Assembly (NCBI GenBank): GCA_043228905.1 | Contig: JBHGNT010000002.1 | Coordinates: forward strand, 1,550,001 to 1,614,000 | From: Azolla caroliniana | Taxonomy: Eukaryota; Plantae; Polypodiophyta | Direction of reading: 5' to 3' | DNA length: 64,000 nt | Shown here: piece by piece, positions 1 to 12,632 of the stretch | How positions within the stretch are numbered: the stretch's first letter is position 1 | Layout: each line of letters begins with the position of its first letter | Position numbers and translations under genes: made by a program | The notes under the pieces: model-generated | What the model was told of the DNA's origin: nothing | The model's input: only the letters and a program-made list of their open reading frames with translations | Database searches by the model: none

Positions 1-1234
1 TTGGAGGTTGGTTAGCCATTGTTTTGAAAAGATTGATTCCCTTTTAATGCATCCATGCCCTGTTCTGTAAATACAGAGCTAAAAACATACATAGCATACA
101 GTCATCTTGGAAGCCCAGCGACAGTTAATTGACAACCCAGATGTCTTCTCAAATCCACATGATTTGTATGAGATGGCTCATCACCACAAATTGCCATTTG
201 TATTGGAGAAGCAGCAGAAGACCAATGATGTGGCATGGGCATCCATGCTGATGTAGCACAAAATCATAAGCTGGAAGGTCCAACGTCATAGGTATCCAAG
301 GATCCATGTCCATGCAGTTGCATAATCATTGGTTATTGGGCATGAGATATTCGGCTACCAAACATCCATGCAAATGCAAATGTGGCCTGATCAGCTAAAA
401 CAATTTTGAATAATTGGAAATCCATTATGTTTTTGTGAAACATCATTTGGTGATGAAAACCCAGCAAGCAAGCAGTTTGGAGAGCACAATATATCTAGGT
501 TTGCACATAAATTCTTTCAGACGTTGCTGTATGGGAAACATCAATAGCAATATCATTCCATTAGGTTGCTCATGAAATATAGAATGGCATTCCTACTCAT
601 GAGATATACAGCTTTTGTTTTTTTGTTAGCAAATTAAATATATTGATATTCGAATAAAGAAATGTACATTTGCTCACGGATGGTGCACCTCAAAACACCA
701 GCTAGTGAGCACATTATACTTATATTGGAAAAAACTTCTTAAAAAATAAGTGCAATAAATCAAGGTGTTATGATTTTGTATGGCTTTTTTCATGGTGCAG
801 AATGAGATTTTATAATTAATATGTTTGTTTGCCATGTTCCGGGATATTCCTAGAAAACAAATGCATAGTCATTTCTTGAGTCACCCAAGGTATGATTTTG
901 TACTTGGTTGTATGACAGTTTTTTGTATAAAAACTCAAACTTGACAGTTACATATATCTCCAACTTCATTCTAGAATAGCATTTGAGAAACCACAGCCAA
1001 ACCTCAAATAAAACTACAAACCAACAAATCTTAATATTGTGATTAATGTATTAATTTAGAGAAACATTATTTGTACATCAGACAAAAGAAGACTGAACGA
1101 AATAAAAATAGGCATCAAACTCATATTACAAATTCAAGGAAAACACTAGCATCCCCTTCAATCATCTACAAGAAGCTCTGAGTTCTATGCACACTCAAAA
1201 CATAAGTTTATTTTCATTTTCCTCTTTGATACGT

Positions 1235-3074
1235 CTACGTGAATAGCTTGATCAACTCCCAGAGAGGACACACAAAGAGCAAGATGATACCAATAGTGTT
1301 TGAGACACCACGGCGTTCACCAAATGCATTGCGGAAACCACCCGCAACCCTGATATGTTCTTGTAGAAGATATATTCCGATGACAAGGCTTATAATATAT
1401 CCAATTATAGTACCCCTTAGGGTACTAACCAACAGGCTCGGTGCAGACACAATGAGTAGTATCAATGCCCCAGGAATTTCCAACCAATCTGTAAATACAC
1501 CAAAATGGTAACTATGCATTCTTGTAGCACACCAGAAACCTTAAAAGGGATGAAGAAGGGAACCACACTTTATTAACTTCTTTCCTTTCTTTCATACTTT
1601 TTGTAAATTTCCCCATACATGCAGGAACAAAACCACCCAAGAGCTACTATATCCGCATTCCATGAGTTGGTATTGAACGAAACAAATCAACAATATTGGA
1701 GAGAATCAAACATAAACACTAAATTATATTACCTAAATTATATTGCATAAATTTTCAATGATGCCAAGGACCAAAAATTGAGTCATCTCATACCAGGGAA
1801 ATATTTTGGGAAGAAGAGACGCAGCACGACCGCAACAAAAGCTATCCATTGTCCGACCTCGCCCCTGAGGAGGAACCAACAAATTCCAAATTAACACAAA
1901 TCTCACAAACAGATGTCTTAAACTCCATATACCCCTCTGTACCTAAATAAAGTGAAAAGGACTGAAGGCAAGTTGAGGAAAATATATGGCACCAGTAGAC
2001 CCGTCAATATGTCTGTTTTCCATACTGTCCGATGCAGAATAAGCAAGTATCTGCGAAAAAAAAACAAAATTAAGTTTCATGAGAATAGATCGTATGAATA
2101 AAAGAAAAGGTGACATCTAATTGACATTTTGATCTTCAAAACCAGCTATATATTTATAGTTCTGATCTCATAACCAGCTGTTTATGTTAGGCTTCGATGC
2201 GCACATTTAACTCAAAGGAGATGATCAAAGTCTGACACAAGTATGCTATTCATTTCATCACAATTCCGAGATACACCTAAAGGATATTACTGATGTTCCC
2301 CTATTAATCATAAATCTGAGACACAAGAGCGATAGGACAGGAGGTTACATATGCATGAATATGAAAAACAAAGGATAAATGCATCACCAAGTGGGAATTA
2401 AAAGCAGAATGCACTGCACAGATTGAATATTCTAATAGCTCAAGCGTCAAAAAGAGCTGTCACGATCTACATTTTGAGCTACTCTAGATCTCCCGCAAAA
2501 TCCAGTCGACAAGAAGAGAAGGCATTGTGAAAGGTTACTTGTTAAGGGCATAGTGCCATAAACAGTGAGATTCTCTGAACAGTACCAAAACAATTGAGAT
2601 AGATCTCTACAGGGCATCATCAAATCAATCTCACCCAAGAATAAAAACCGCGATAGATGTTTTGTAGAATCCTTTCTCATCACGCCAATGAACTCAAAAA
2701 ATTCAATAACGGGTTTATATGCATTTCCGAACTGTATACCGGTTTGAGGCAAAAAATTAAACCTCTTTCCAAACACGGCCAAATTTCTTCCTAAACTCTG
2801 AACCTCTACCCAAACCCTAAACCTCTCTCTCTCTCTGTATATCTGGGAAACAGATATAATAAATAAATAAAACTCACATCGCAGCGATCGAAGCAAGCCA
2901 TTGGAGGATAACTACAGAGGTAGAGGCGAGAAGCACAGTTTCAGTTAATCGACGGACTAGATTTCTCCCCGAACCCACAAAATCTTGCACATCAGAGGAA
3001 GACAGAGAAGAAGAAGAAGAAGAAGAAGAAGAAGAAGAGAGAAGACGATGACGCATTGCCATAGCCATGGCCAT
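1235..3074 (-). CDS. COR413: Cold-regulated 413 (WCOR413/COR413-PM-like) membrane protein; exons 2878-3074, 1943-2050, 1794-1864, 1235-1488
   Basis: GT-AG spliced translation gives LQWLASIAAI/YLLILHRTVWKTDILTGLLVPYIFLNLPSVLFTLFR/GEVGQWIAFVAVVLRLFFPKYFP/DWLEIPGALILLIVSAP...YLLQEHIRVAGGFRNAFGERRGVSNTIGIILL, the characteristic COR413 motifs. The start codon is ambiguous (MAMAMAM). Confidence 0.92.
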
Positions 3075-4099
3075 TCGGTGGCTGAGGGGAGAAGAAAACA
3101 CAGAGAGACAGCGGAGCAGAAAGGAGAGGAACAGGGGCAGAAGAAGGACCCAGTAGTATTTTTATTTTTATTTTTATTTTTATTATTTATGTATTTGTCT
3201 TTTATCTATTTTATTTATATGTACAGTAGTTGTATTTTGTATTATTTTTATATCTGCATTTCTATTTTAATTTTATTCATTTCTTATTCTTATTTATGTA
3301 GTTGTTTGTTTGCGGGTTTTTTTCTTTTTTTTTGTATTTTAGTTTATTCATTTTGATTTTATTTATTTGCATGTCTTGTTATGATCATTATTATGATTAT
3401 TTTATGTTTTTGCTTATTATTTATGTTTTCTGTTCTATGGTTTTAATTAATTTATTATTTTCTATTTTGCCCAATTTCTTATTTCTATTTTATATTTTTA
3501 TTTGTTTTTTTATTTTTCCTTTATTCTTTATTTTTTATCTCTCTCTTGGATAGAGTGATTTCGCTTTACTTTTATGTCCTTCTTTTGGTTTGTTTGATTA
3601 GAATAATTTGTTTTTTAAGTAGAGTCACACACGATGCCATCCATGATCTTGCATGGGTGCATGAATCATGGGAAGGTGTTGGTCCACTTATCTCATTGCA
3701 ATTTATAACACAAAAGAAAGAGTCCATACCAGGCTCATATTGCATCCATGACACGTAGCCGAAAGAAAGGCTACTATGTTCCGCATTCGTATCATTCTTA
3801 TCATTCTTCTGTTGTTTTTGTTGAATACGTACATACCTTTTTAGGCATCTTTCATCGTGACCTTTGCTAATCTTCTCAGATCTAGTGGCTCGGAGATCCA
3901 CCAATGTAGGGACATCTAGTAGCAAGATGAACGATCTCATCATGCAACCTGATGGCTTAGTGACCTTAGATTTGGTTATTTGTAGACACACTCGACCTAC
4001 TTGACCGTAGATGATCTAATGGCTTTGGAGGCCCACACATATTTCAACCAGAGATTTCATGAAGGTTGCATTTTTATAGGATCAGTGTTATCCTCAAAT

Positions 4100-4620
4100 A
4101 CAATTGACAAAAAGTAAATAAATCCATAAAGGTTGTGGTCGTAGTCAGAACTTATTTGCTTATCTTGTTGGTTGAAAAACAACTCAAATTTAATGCCTTC
4201 GGCTTGACAACAAACTTGCAATATATGATGGCCAATTGCCCCCACCAATCTTCAACGAGATCTTGATATCAAGGTCAAAAAGGTGCTCCAACGCAAGTTT
4301 ACAAAACATGCAAAAAAATAGATATTCATCTCATTTCAAAACTTTTGAGAATTACGTTCTTATTTACAAGATTACCTAGGCACCATGTGTTCATACATCA
4401 TTGCTCGCACCTTTAAACAACTTTGTGCAATGTGACCAACCTTACATGAATAAGGGCCAAGCAGCATTAATTGTGAAACAATCCAACACTTTACAGCTAT
4501 ATACCTCAAGCTACTTAGAGATAGCAAACTTGGAATTCAAATATTTCATGGGTCTGGCCATACAAACCAAGTAACCAAGAGCATGGGTCTTCATTCCATT
4601 TCGCTGCTCCTTGACTATAT
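4100..4620 (-). mobile_element. Highly degenerate Ty1/copia integrase-like remnant
   Basis: Broken minus-strand fragments (CLYGQTH, LALIHV, C...GIKFE...QQ) loosely resemble copia pre-integrase and integrase motifs. No intact ORF. Confidence 0.3.
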
Positions 4621-5271
4621 TTCCTGTGTTCCTTCTCAAGACACAATTGAATGTGCACATCAATTCTCAATCTCACTCCATCCCCTCATCATTTATTTAT
4701 ACTTGGTTGCAAACCCAAACCTCCATTTCTCTTCTATACATAACATTTTAGTCATCAAATTGATTTCTTCGCAAGAAAGTTTTGGGTACTAACATTAGGA
4801 GTTCAGCAACAATTTCCAATGTGTGATCAAGCATTAACTAGTGTTATTATAAAACACTATTTTAGAGGAGAAGCTCAATCAGTGGCATGACCCACATGTA
4901 GATTCAGATTTACAATTACAATTATGAGGAGAAAATCAATTAGATTTCCTCCAAGCCCTCGTACATGTGTATTTAATGGGCAATCATAGTCACTACAGGC
5001 AAAAAGAGTAGGGAAATCAAATGGTTTTGAATTCTTTACAAATGAACCACAATAATATGCAATTATCATCAGCTAGTTTTCATAATTAAAAGATCAGAAT
5101 ATCATGCACATTCCAGATATGAGTTCCAAGTAGAAAAGAAGTCATCCAACTAACTGAAGATTACAAAAAAAAACAAAAATACAAAATCCTCGGACTACTT
5201 TCACTACATAATGATTACAAAGAAAGAAAATGAACATCTACGAATTTTTTTAAAAATCCTACAAACTAACC

Positions 5272-6186
5272 CTACATTTTACCCAAGGGTTTGGTTTTCA
5301 ATTGTCGATCATGATTGTTGTTTTCCTTCACAGCAGCTTTTTGAGCAACTTGCTCATCAGTCAGCGGCAAATAGTAAATGTGAGGTTTGGCTTTAGTCTT
5401 GTAAAACAAATCATCTAATGTAGGAACCTGAGGCTCAGGTTCCTTACGATGAACTTGTGGAGGTATTCTTTCTCTCAAAGGAGGTGGAGGTGGTAATACA
5501 TTAGAATGGCCATGTGATGAAGTTTTGTGTGTTGCTTGAGGCAGCGAATTATTATTAATATTTCCTTGTGGAACCGAAGCTTGAGGTGTACTCAAGTTGG
5601 TCTTCTCTTGTGTACCTGTGGATTTTGCTTTCACTTCATTAGGATCAACAAACTCAGCCACCAGTAAGTTACCAAATGAAGGAGGCCACTGTTTATGATA
5701 TAACCCATTTCGTGCAGACATTGCTTCGTCGATCGAAGAATACTGTTGTCAAAGCAAAACAATCATGCATATAATTACATATCCATGTAATATCATCTCA
5801 AAGAGATCATGAGAATAGTATTAGAAGGGGATACTCAAAATGACACGGTTTTTCTTTATTTATTCAAATGCCCTTCTGATTTTTATATTTTCCTTAAATG
5901 CCCTGGTTCAAGCCTATTTGAGAATTACACATGCTTAATGAAACCATGTGTTTCTCAATTATCTGTGTTGTTTGAGTGATAATACAGTCAATTCATCCCT
6001 TCTCATGTATTTCAGCAGTCGACCAGTGGCATTTGGGAAAATATAGAAAAACTCTGGATACTTCAAATTTATTTCCACCTGTACTTGTATATTCATACAT
6101 GTACAAAATTCTTGAATACGATAAATTTACGACAAATATCACCCAAAGGAGACAATGACAATGACATTATATATACATATATGTAT

Positions 6187-6223
<37 letters not shown>

Positions 6224-9031
6224 GACACACACATAAGCATCCATACCGTTATGTAGCAATGTGTTTTGATTTGGTCCATCCAGAATTCAACACATTGCCC
6301 AAATTCAGCCAGCATGTCCCTGACAGCTTTTAGGGTAAATGGCCGGACAAACCTTTCAATCTTAAGAGAGGTTGTCGGCGGAATAGATGGTGGAGGAACT
6401 GGAAAAAAAGTTCAATTTGAGTATATAAAAACGAGTTTACAAAAAGTTTACATACATGCCCCAAAGATTCATTGGATATAGAAAAAGGAGCAAATCAATA
6501 AATCATTCCATGGTGGGGATAATCTTATAAACTATGTAATGCTATACTGTCGTACTTCCACAGATACTCAATCAGGAAAAGCAAAAACTTTATAAAGAAT
6601 ATTACCTTCTCGTTTAGCACCATTTGTATCCAGTTCAGACTTGGCTATGGTTACCATTGGCTTTGATGTTGTCAATATCTTTGGGGATGATTTAGAAACC
6701 CCAACAGAAGAACCTTGCTTTGTTTCTGGTGACGTAATTTCTTTTACAATATCCATGGTAAGTGGCTTGTTAGTACTCACTTGCAAATCATTACCAGAGT
6801 TCCATCTTCTAACTCTTTTGGCTGGCTCTTGCTGCTTGTAATCACTAACTAAAAGCATAAAGAATTTAATTAAATAAGGAGACTAAACATAAAAATAAGG
6901 TCAAAACACCAGCAAATTCTTAACTAGTTGAGTATTGCTACCAGAATATCCCTAAGTTTTCAAAGACATAATGTAATTCCAATAATTATGAAAATATATG
7001 GGGTACGTGCTAAATACCCAACAAGCCAGGGCATTTAGGTATTTTTCTATTAGCAGCAATGTTCAAAATATTACCATCGTCCTTCCGTTTCTCTCCAGCT
7101 TTACTCTCTGTATAGTCACTGCTAGCCTTATTATGAATCTCCGTTACGTCTTTTTTATATTCATCTTCCAACACTGGGCCACCTATTCTTTCATCATCAT
7201 ACTTAGTATGCACTTGTTTTATGTCATCTGAAAAATCTTGTGATTTCTCTGACTTCATCAAATCGCTTCTACCATCAGGTTTTTCGACGTCCATTAAATC
7301 TTCTTTATGCTCCCCAATGTCCTCTGTCTTTAGCTCATTCTCTGTAGTTTCTGGGTGAATCTCAACAGACTTGCAATGACCTTCATAACCATCCTCAGGC
7401 TTCTCTTCCTCGTGAGTTATACCACTAGCAATTGGTGGCTGTATTGGTGTTTCAATATCTGTTTTTGGTTTCAACTCATTTTCCGTTAAAACATTTGAGA
7501 TATTAGGTACAACCTCATTACGATGCTCAATTTGTCTCTTACTAGCTTCATCTTTAATTTTATCCAAAGTCTCTGCATCGTCCATGACATGGTCATCTAC
7601 AGTAACCCTAGGTTCCAAAATGATGCCTTCATTCATGTCTGAAATGGGTACATCCACATCTCTATCATTTTTCGTTGATGATAATGGTGATGCTACTTGT
7701 GACACAATACCACCATCGACATCAGTATTTAGAGATCCCTCTCCTATATCGACATTTTGACTCAAAATATCATCGTGAGGTACCAGGGGATCAACCTGAA
7801 TCTGCTTCTCCATGATAACATTGTCACTAGTTACATCACCAAGTTCTGAGACGTTACCACTTGTAAAAGTTTGTATCATATCAACATTTCCAAGAGTAAC
7901 ATCACCAGATAATGGCAAATCCTCCTTCACATTATAAACAGCATTGCTAGATAACGTTAAGTCTTCCTTTGTGTCACTAGTAACATCACCAGGCAAAGGC
8001 AAATCTTGCTTCACATCCCTGATGGCATTGTTAGAATATAGCAAGTCCTCCTTCACGTCATTAGTAACATCACCAGATAATGGCAAATCCTCCTTCACAT
8101 TATAAACAGCATTGCTAGATAACGTTACGTCTTCCTTTGTGTCACCAGTAACATCACCAGGCAAAGGCAAATCTTCCTTCGCATCCCTGATGGCATTGTT
8201 AGAATATAGCAAGTCCTCCTTCACGTCATTAGTAACATCACCAGATAATGGCAAATCCTCCTTCACATTATAAACAGCATTGCTAGATAACGTTACGTCT
8301 TCCTTTGTGTCACCAGTAACATCACCAGGCAAAGGCAAATCTTCCTTCGCATCCCTGATGGCATTGTTAGAATATAGCAAGTCCTCCTTCACGTCATTAG
8401 TAACATTGCCATATGATAGAAAATCTCCTTTTCCATCATTAGTAAGAGTAATATTTCCAGATAAATATCCCTTTACATCATTATAATTAGATATCTGTGG
8501 ATCCTCTAGCTGAATAGGCTCTTTAAGGGGAACAATACAAGCTCCGCTTGATTCTAACGGTACAGATAAAACCTCCATTGCAGAATTTACTTGAGGATTT
8601 AAATTTTTCTCCTCGAATTCTGTTTTTCCTTCGTATTGTAAACCACCATATGTTTCTTTCTGATCTCTAACATATAAATTATTATCTTGCAAGACATTCT
8701 TTGAAGCTTCAGTATCAATCTCACTATATACTCCTTGTTGTTGATGAGATCTACCATCTAAATTACTATTTATTAAAACCTGATTTGTGGCTTCAGGAGA
8801 AAAATCACCGCCATACAAATTACTATGAATTAGAACCTGGTTTGTAGCTTGAGAGAAGCCACCTTCAATCGCATTTGCTTGTTCCTTCTTGATAGCTTCT
8901 TCTAACCTTTCAAACAGGTCTTTCTTCACACCTTTCAGACTTAATCTTCTCTTCTTAAGCTCTTCTTTGAGCTCTGTCACTTTGAGTTGCTCCAATGGCT
9001 TTCCATCAGATGAAGGATGTGGGCTCGACAT
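5272..9031 (-). CDS. ACINUS: ACINUS-like splicing/EJC-associated factor (SAP domain, RRM, C-terminal RSB motif); exons 7075-9031, 6606-6848, 6247-6398, 5272-5742
   Basis: N-terminal SAP motif LKVTELKEELKKRRLSLKGVKKDLFERLEEAI; RRWN motif; RRM SLKIERFVRPFTLKAVRDMLAEFGQCVEFWMDQIKTHCYITYSSIDEA...RNGLY...WP...G..LVAEFV; RSB motif LDDLFYKTKAKPHIYYLPLT. Splice phases are consistent. A probable 5'UTR acceptor lies at about 9089. Confidence 0.93.
7895..8460. repeat. Coding tandem repeat inside ACINUS: 168-bp unit x3 plus a diverged partial copy, built from 42-bp subunits
   Basis: AGTAACATCACCAGATAATGGC recurs at 7895, 8063 and 8231, and AGTAACAT again at 8399 (period 168). Protein unit: GDVTNDVKEDLLYS-NNAIRDAKEDLPLP-GDVTGDTKEDVTLS-SNAVYNVKEDLPLS. 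Confidence 0.97.
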
Positions 9032-9710
9032 AGCTTCTGTTTTACTATATATTGTATCAGCTAGCTCAATCTTTGCTTTTAAGTTATACCTGAGATACAC
9101 CAAAGAAAGATAAGATGGAAAAAAGGAGAAGAAAATCACATCAAATGAAAGTGAAAATCTCAACAAAATTGCAGAAATGTCGAGAGAGTAGAGAAAATAT
9201 ATCTTCTCCAGCAATCCAAAGGTGGGGAAAAAAAAAATTCAGAAAAAGAAGGGTGTGGAAAAGAGGCAAAAGAGTAAGAAAATCAGCAATCAAAAGAAGG
9301 AAAGATAAAAAAGCAAAAAGCAAAACGTGTTTTGGTTATAAGTTTCAAAGAAAGCTCCCCTATCCGATCCTTCCCCAGCACGAGAGAAGATTCTTCTGTT
9401 TTTCCTGCAATTCTTCTTTCATACGGCACAAGAATTCCACAGAAGTAGGTCTGTCGGAAAGCCAAAAACTTTGTCACTGCAGACGAACGAATGAATCAAG
9501 AGACGCTTCTGTAAACCCTTTGCGATTAAAACAAAAATCTCTGATCTGAGGTAGTGGAGCTCTGAAGTTTTTCAGTGAAATTTCTGAATTTCTTTTCTTC
9601 CTTTTTCGGTTTTCTTCTGCGTAACTAGAGAAGAAGTGTCTTCACAGACAGAGCGAGAGATGTACTGTTTTGCTGCAGGAATCCATGTGTTCGTGCGTGT
9701 GTGTGTGTGT

Positions 9711-9749
<39 letters not shown>

Positions 9750-9781
9750 GAAGAGGAAGTTCTGCTGGTCTGCACCGAACT

Positions 9782-9810
9782 CTAACCCTAACCTAACCCT
9801 AACCCTAACC
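9782..9810. repeat. Short (CCCTAA)n telomere-like/telo-box cluster in the ACINUS 5' region
   Basis: ctaaccctaacctaaccctaaccctaacc. Confidence 0.7.
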
Positions 9811-10277
9811 GGAAAAACACACAGGAAAACGAGCGAAACGAAAAGAAGACGACGAAGAAAACATCGTTAGGGCTTCTTTTCTTCTTCTTCTTTTTGCCAG
9901 GAGACTGTAGGATCGACCGGCCGAGCTGGTCACCTCGGATTTGGTCACTGGCAATAGCCGGGAACCGATTCTTGGAAAGTAAGCATTCCACAAGGGGGGG
10001 GAGGTATGTCCTAGACGGTCAGTCCTAGTTTTCCTTTATTTCCCAAAATTCCCTTTTGCTTTCCCTAAGATTTGGGCCTTGCTTGGTACACACTCTGGAT
10101 ACATATATTGCACATGACACACACATTGCTCTCTCTCGTGTGAGTGAAGGAAAAGAGGCGGATAGCTCGACCCACACATCTCGCATGACCAGAGCAATAC
10201 ATGCCATTGCTTGAACTAGATGGTGTCTAACCAAGGCCGCTTCTTTTGACCATCCAAGAATTGATGGCACAGGTATG

Positions 10278-10702
10278 TATAAAAGTTAATATGCGGAAGC
10301 TTATGACAAACAGGTTCAGACGGATAGCAACAGAGAGAGTACATGTTTAATGGAGACCTTACAAGACACAGATAAAGAGTGGGAGAGACAGAGAGAGCAG
10401 AATAGCATGAACTATATTCAAAAAATAATACTTTGTACATAGGATGTGCTCAGTGAGCACTTTTTATACAAGTCCACAAGGGACTTACAGAAGTACTATG
10501 TACTTCAATGCTCATATGAGCGGCTAACACTAACTACGAGGACCATGACTACCTAGTAGTCTAGAAGCGTAGACCTCTAAACCGCCTACCAGTACACATG
10601 TGGGTCCGACTCCCCGATCTTGATCCGGCTCCTCGTTCCGGATACGATCCGGCTTTGGCTTATCCAGCCGATCTGGATCCAGTTGAGCTTGCTCACTTAA
10701 CA
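10278..10702 (-). repeat. 3' LTR of the copia element
   Basis: Starts TATAAAAG (TG mutated to TA) and ends TTAACA; adjacent to the PPT; 48 bp longer than the 5' LTR. Confidence 0.92.
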
Positions 10703-11812
10703 CTCCTCCTCAAGCTCAACTTGAGGTCGGATCGTGGTGTTAGTGTCTAGGGCAGATGATTCTTTCATTTGGCTCCTTTTGGAGTCCTCCCGCCTGGCTC
10801 GCGCTCCTCGTCCAGTCCGGTTCCTCCTTCTACGACCCATCCGATTCTACACTCCTCAACCTCCTCGGTCGGCTTGTCTGCTCAACAAGCCCATCTCAGC
10901 TCCTTCGTTGTTGCGACTTCGACGCTTCTCGACCCATCGGTTCCTCCGTGTCAGTGTTGACTTCCGCTGCCTTCTTTTGCGTTTGGCCTCTAGTTCATTC
11001 GGCTCCTCCGATTCAAACTCCTCTCGCGAATCGGCTACCTCCAATTCGTTCCACCTCTTGTCCGAATTGGTTGTCTCCAATTCGTCTTCAACCTTAGGCC
11101 CTTCACCACGTCCGGGTCTTGGCCTTCTCCTTCGGATCAGCTCTGTCTCTCTTGACTCTGTTGTCGTCGCCGCTTTCTCCGACTTGTCCGGATGTGCCAA
11201 CTCCTTCGGTCGACTCAGCTTCCTTTTTCTTCTTGTCTCCCCCCTTGTCTTGGTTCTGTCTTCCTCTTCGGTTCCTTGTCCAGTGCCATTACCTGGCTCC
11301 ATTCTCCCCCTCAAGTGCGGCACGTCCAGATGTTGGAGACCGAGCATCTCTGAGAAGTCTTGCAACTTGTCTGATCCGAGTGGCTTGGTGAAGATGTTAG
11401 CAACCTGTCGATCAGTGTGAACATACCAAAGTTCAACTTCACCGCTAAGGACCCACTCATGCACAAAGTGATAATGTACTTCTATGTGCTTTGTCTGATC
11501 ATGAAATACGAGGTTCTTAGCAAGTTGTATGTTGCTTACGTTGTCACAATAGATCAAGATTGGGGTCGGTACCTCGATCCAGAGGTCTTGCAACAGCCGC
11601 CGAAGCCATATAGCTTCACAAATGGCAATGGTGGCGCCCCGATACTCAACTTTCGTGCTCGACAGAGCTACGGTTGGTTGCTTTTTGTTGCTCCATGCAA
11701 CAATCGCGCTACCAAGAGAAAACATGTATCTAGAGGTGGACCGGCGATCCGATGCATCACCAGCCCAGTCGGCATCTGTATATTCACGTAGCTTTTCAGC
11801 TATAGTGTGTCG

Positions 11813-12051
11813 TAGGGATCGGCAACGGTTCAGTTTAGGCTTAGCCGGTTTGGCTTGGATCAGGCCAAACTGGCTAAGCCTAAACCGTTTACAGGATCTC
11901 AAACCTAAGCCGAGCCGGTTCACAAAACGGTTTAGCATAAAGTGAACCGGTTTAGAAACCTCCCTCCCTCCCTCTCTCTCTCTCTCTCCCTACCTCCCTC
12001 TCTCTCTTAAATGATCCACTATATACTATATACTATATAGTATACATTGTA

Positions 12052-12101
<50 letters not shown>

Positions 12102-12396
12102 ACCTCCCTCTCTCTCTCTCTTAGATGATCCACTATATACTATATACTATATACTATATACTATACATTGTACAAGCTCTCCCTCCCACTCTCTCTCACG
12201 TCTGTGATCTCTGACTCTCTCCCTCTCTCTCTCTCTCCCCTCTGTGTAGTCTCTCTCTCTCTCTCCTTTTATGTTGTTTCCCTCCCTCTCTCTCTCTCTC
12301 CTCGTCTGTGTAGTTCTCCCTCGCTCACTCTCTCTCTCCTCGTCTGTGTAGTTCTCCCTCGCTCACTCTCTCTCTCCTCGTCTGTGTAGTTCTCCC

Positions 12397-12468
<72 letters not shown>

Positions 12469-12632
12469 CTTGTCTGTTGTCTCTCTCCCCCTCTCTCTAA
12501 AGTTTATAAACGGCTTAAACGGTTTAGCTGGCCGGCTTGGCGAGGCTCAAGTCGAGCCGCTAAGCAGCTAAGCCGTTTTCAAGCCGGCTAAGCCAAACGG
12601 TTTAGGCTTAGCCGAGCCGTTGCCGATCCCTA
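11813..12632. mobile_element. Non-autonomous hAT-type DNA transposon/MITE nested in the copia pol
   Basis: TIRs TAGGGATCGGCAACGG (11813) and CCGTTGCCGATCCCTA (ending 12632). Decayed 8-bp TSD GTGTGTCG/GCGTGTCA (6 of 8 match). Subterminal GGCTTAGCCG and AAACGGTTTAG repeats, CT-rich core. Excision restores copia GLLY...YTDADWAG continuity. Confidence 0.9.

Noticed and set aside
1-600. Possible exon or TE fragment at the window start
   Set aside because: No sustained ORF or recognisable motif in the frames I examined.
2985-3553. Plus-strand ORFs of 123 and 83 aa
   Set aside because: They translate GAA repeats and T-rich low-complexity DNA, antisense to or upstream of COR413.
9032-9214. N-terminal extension of the 734-aa ORF
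   Set aside because: It runs through a pyrimidine-rich intron end with an acceptor at about 9089. SAP-domain homology begins at the Met at 9031.
10734-11420. 228-aa plus-strand ORF
   Set aside because: It is the antisense shadow of the copia pol/extension, with low-complexity S/L/R composition.
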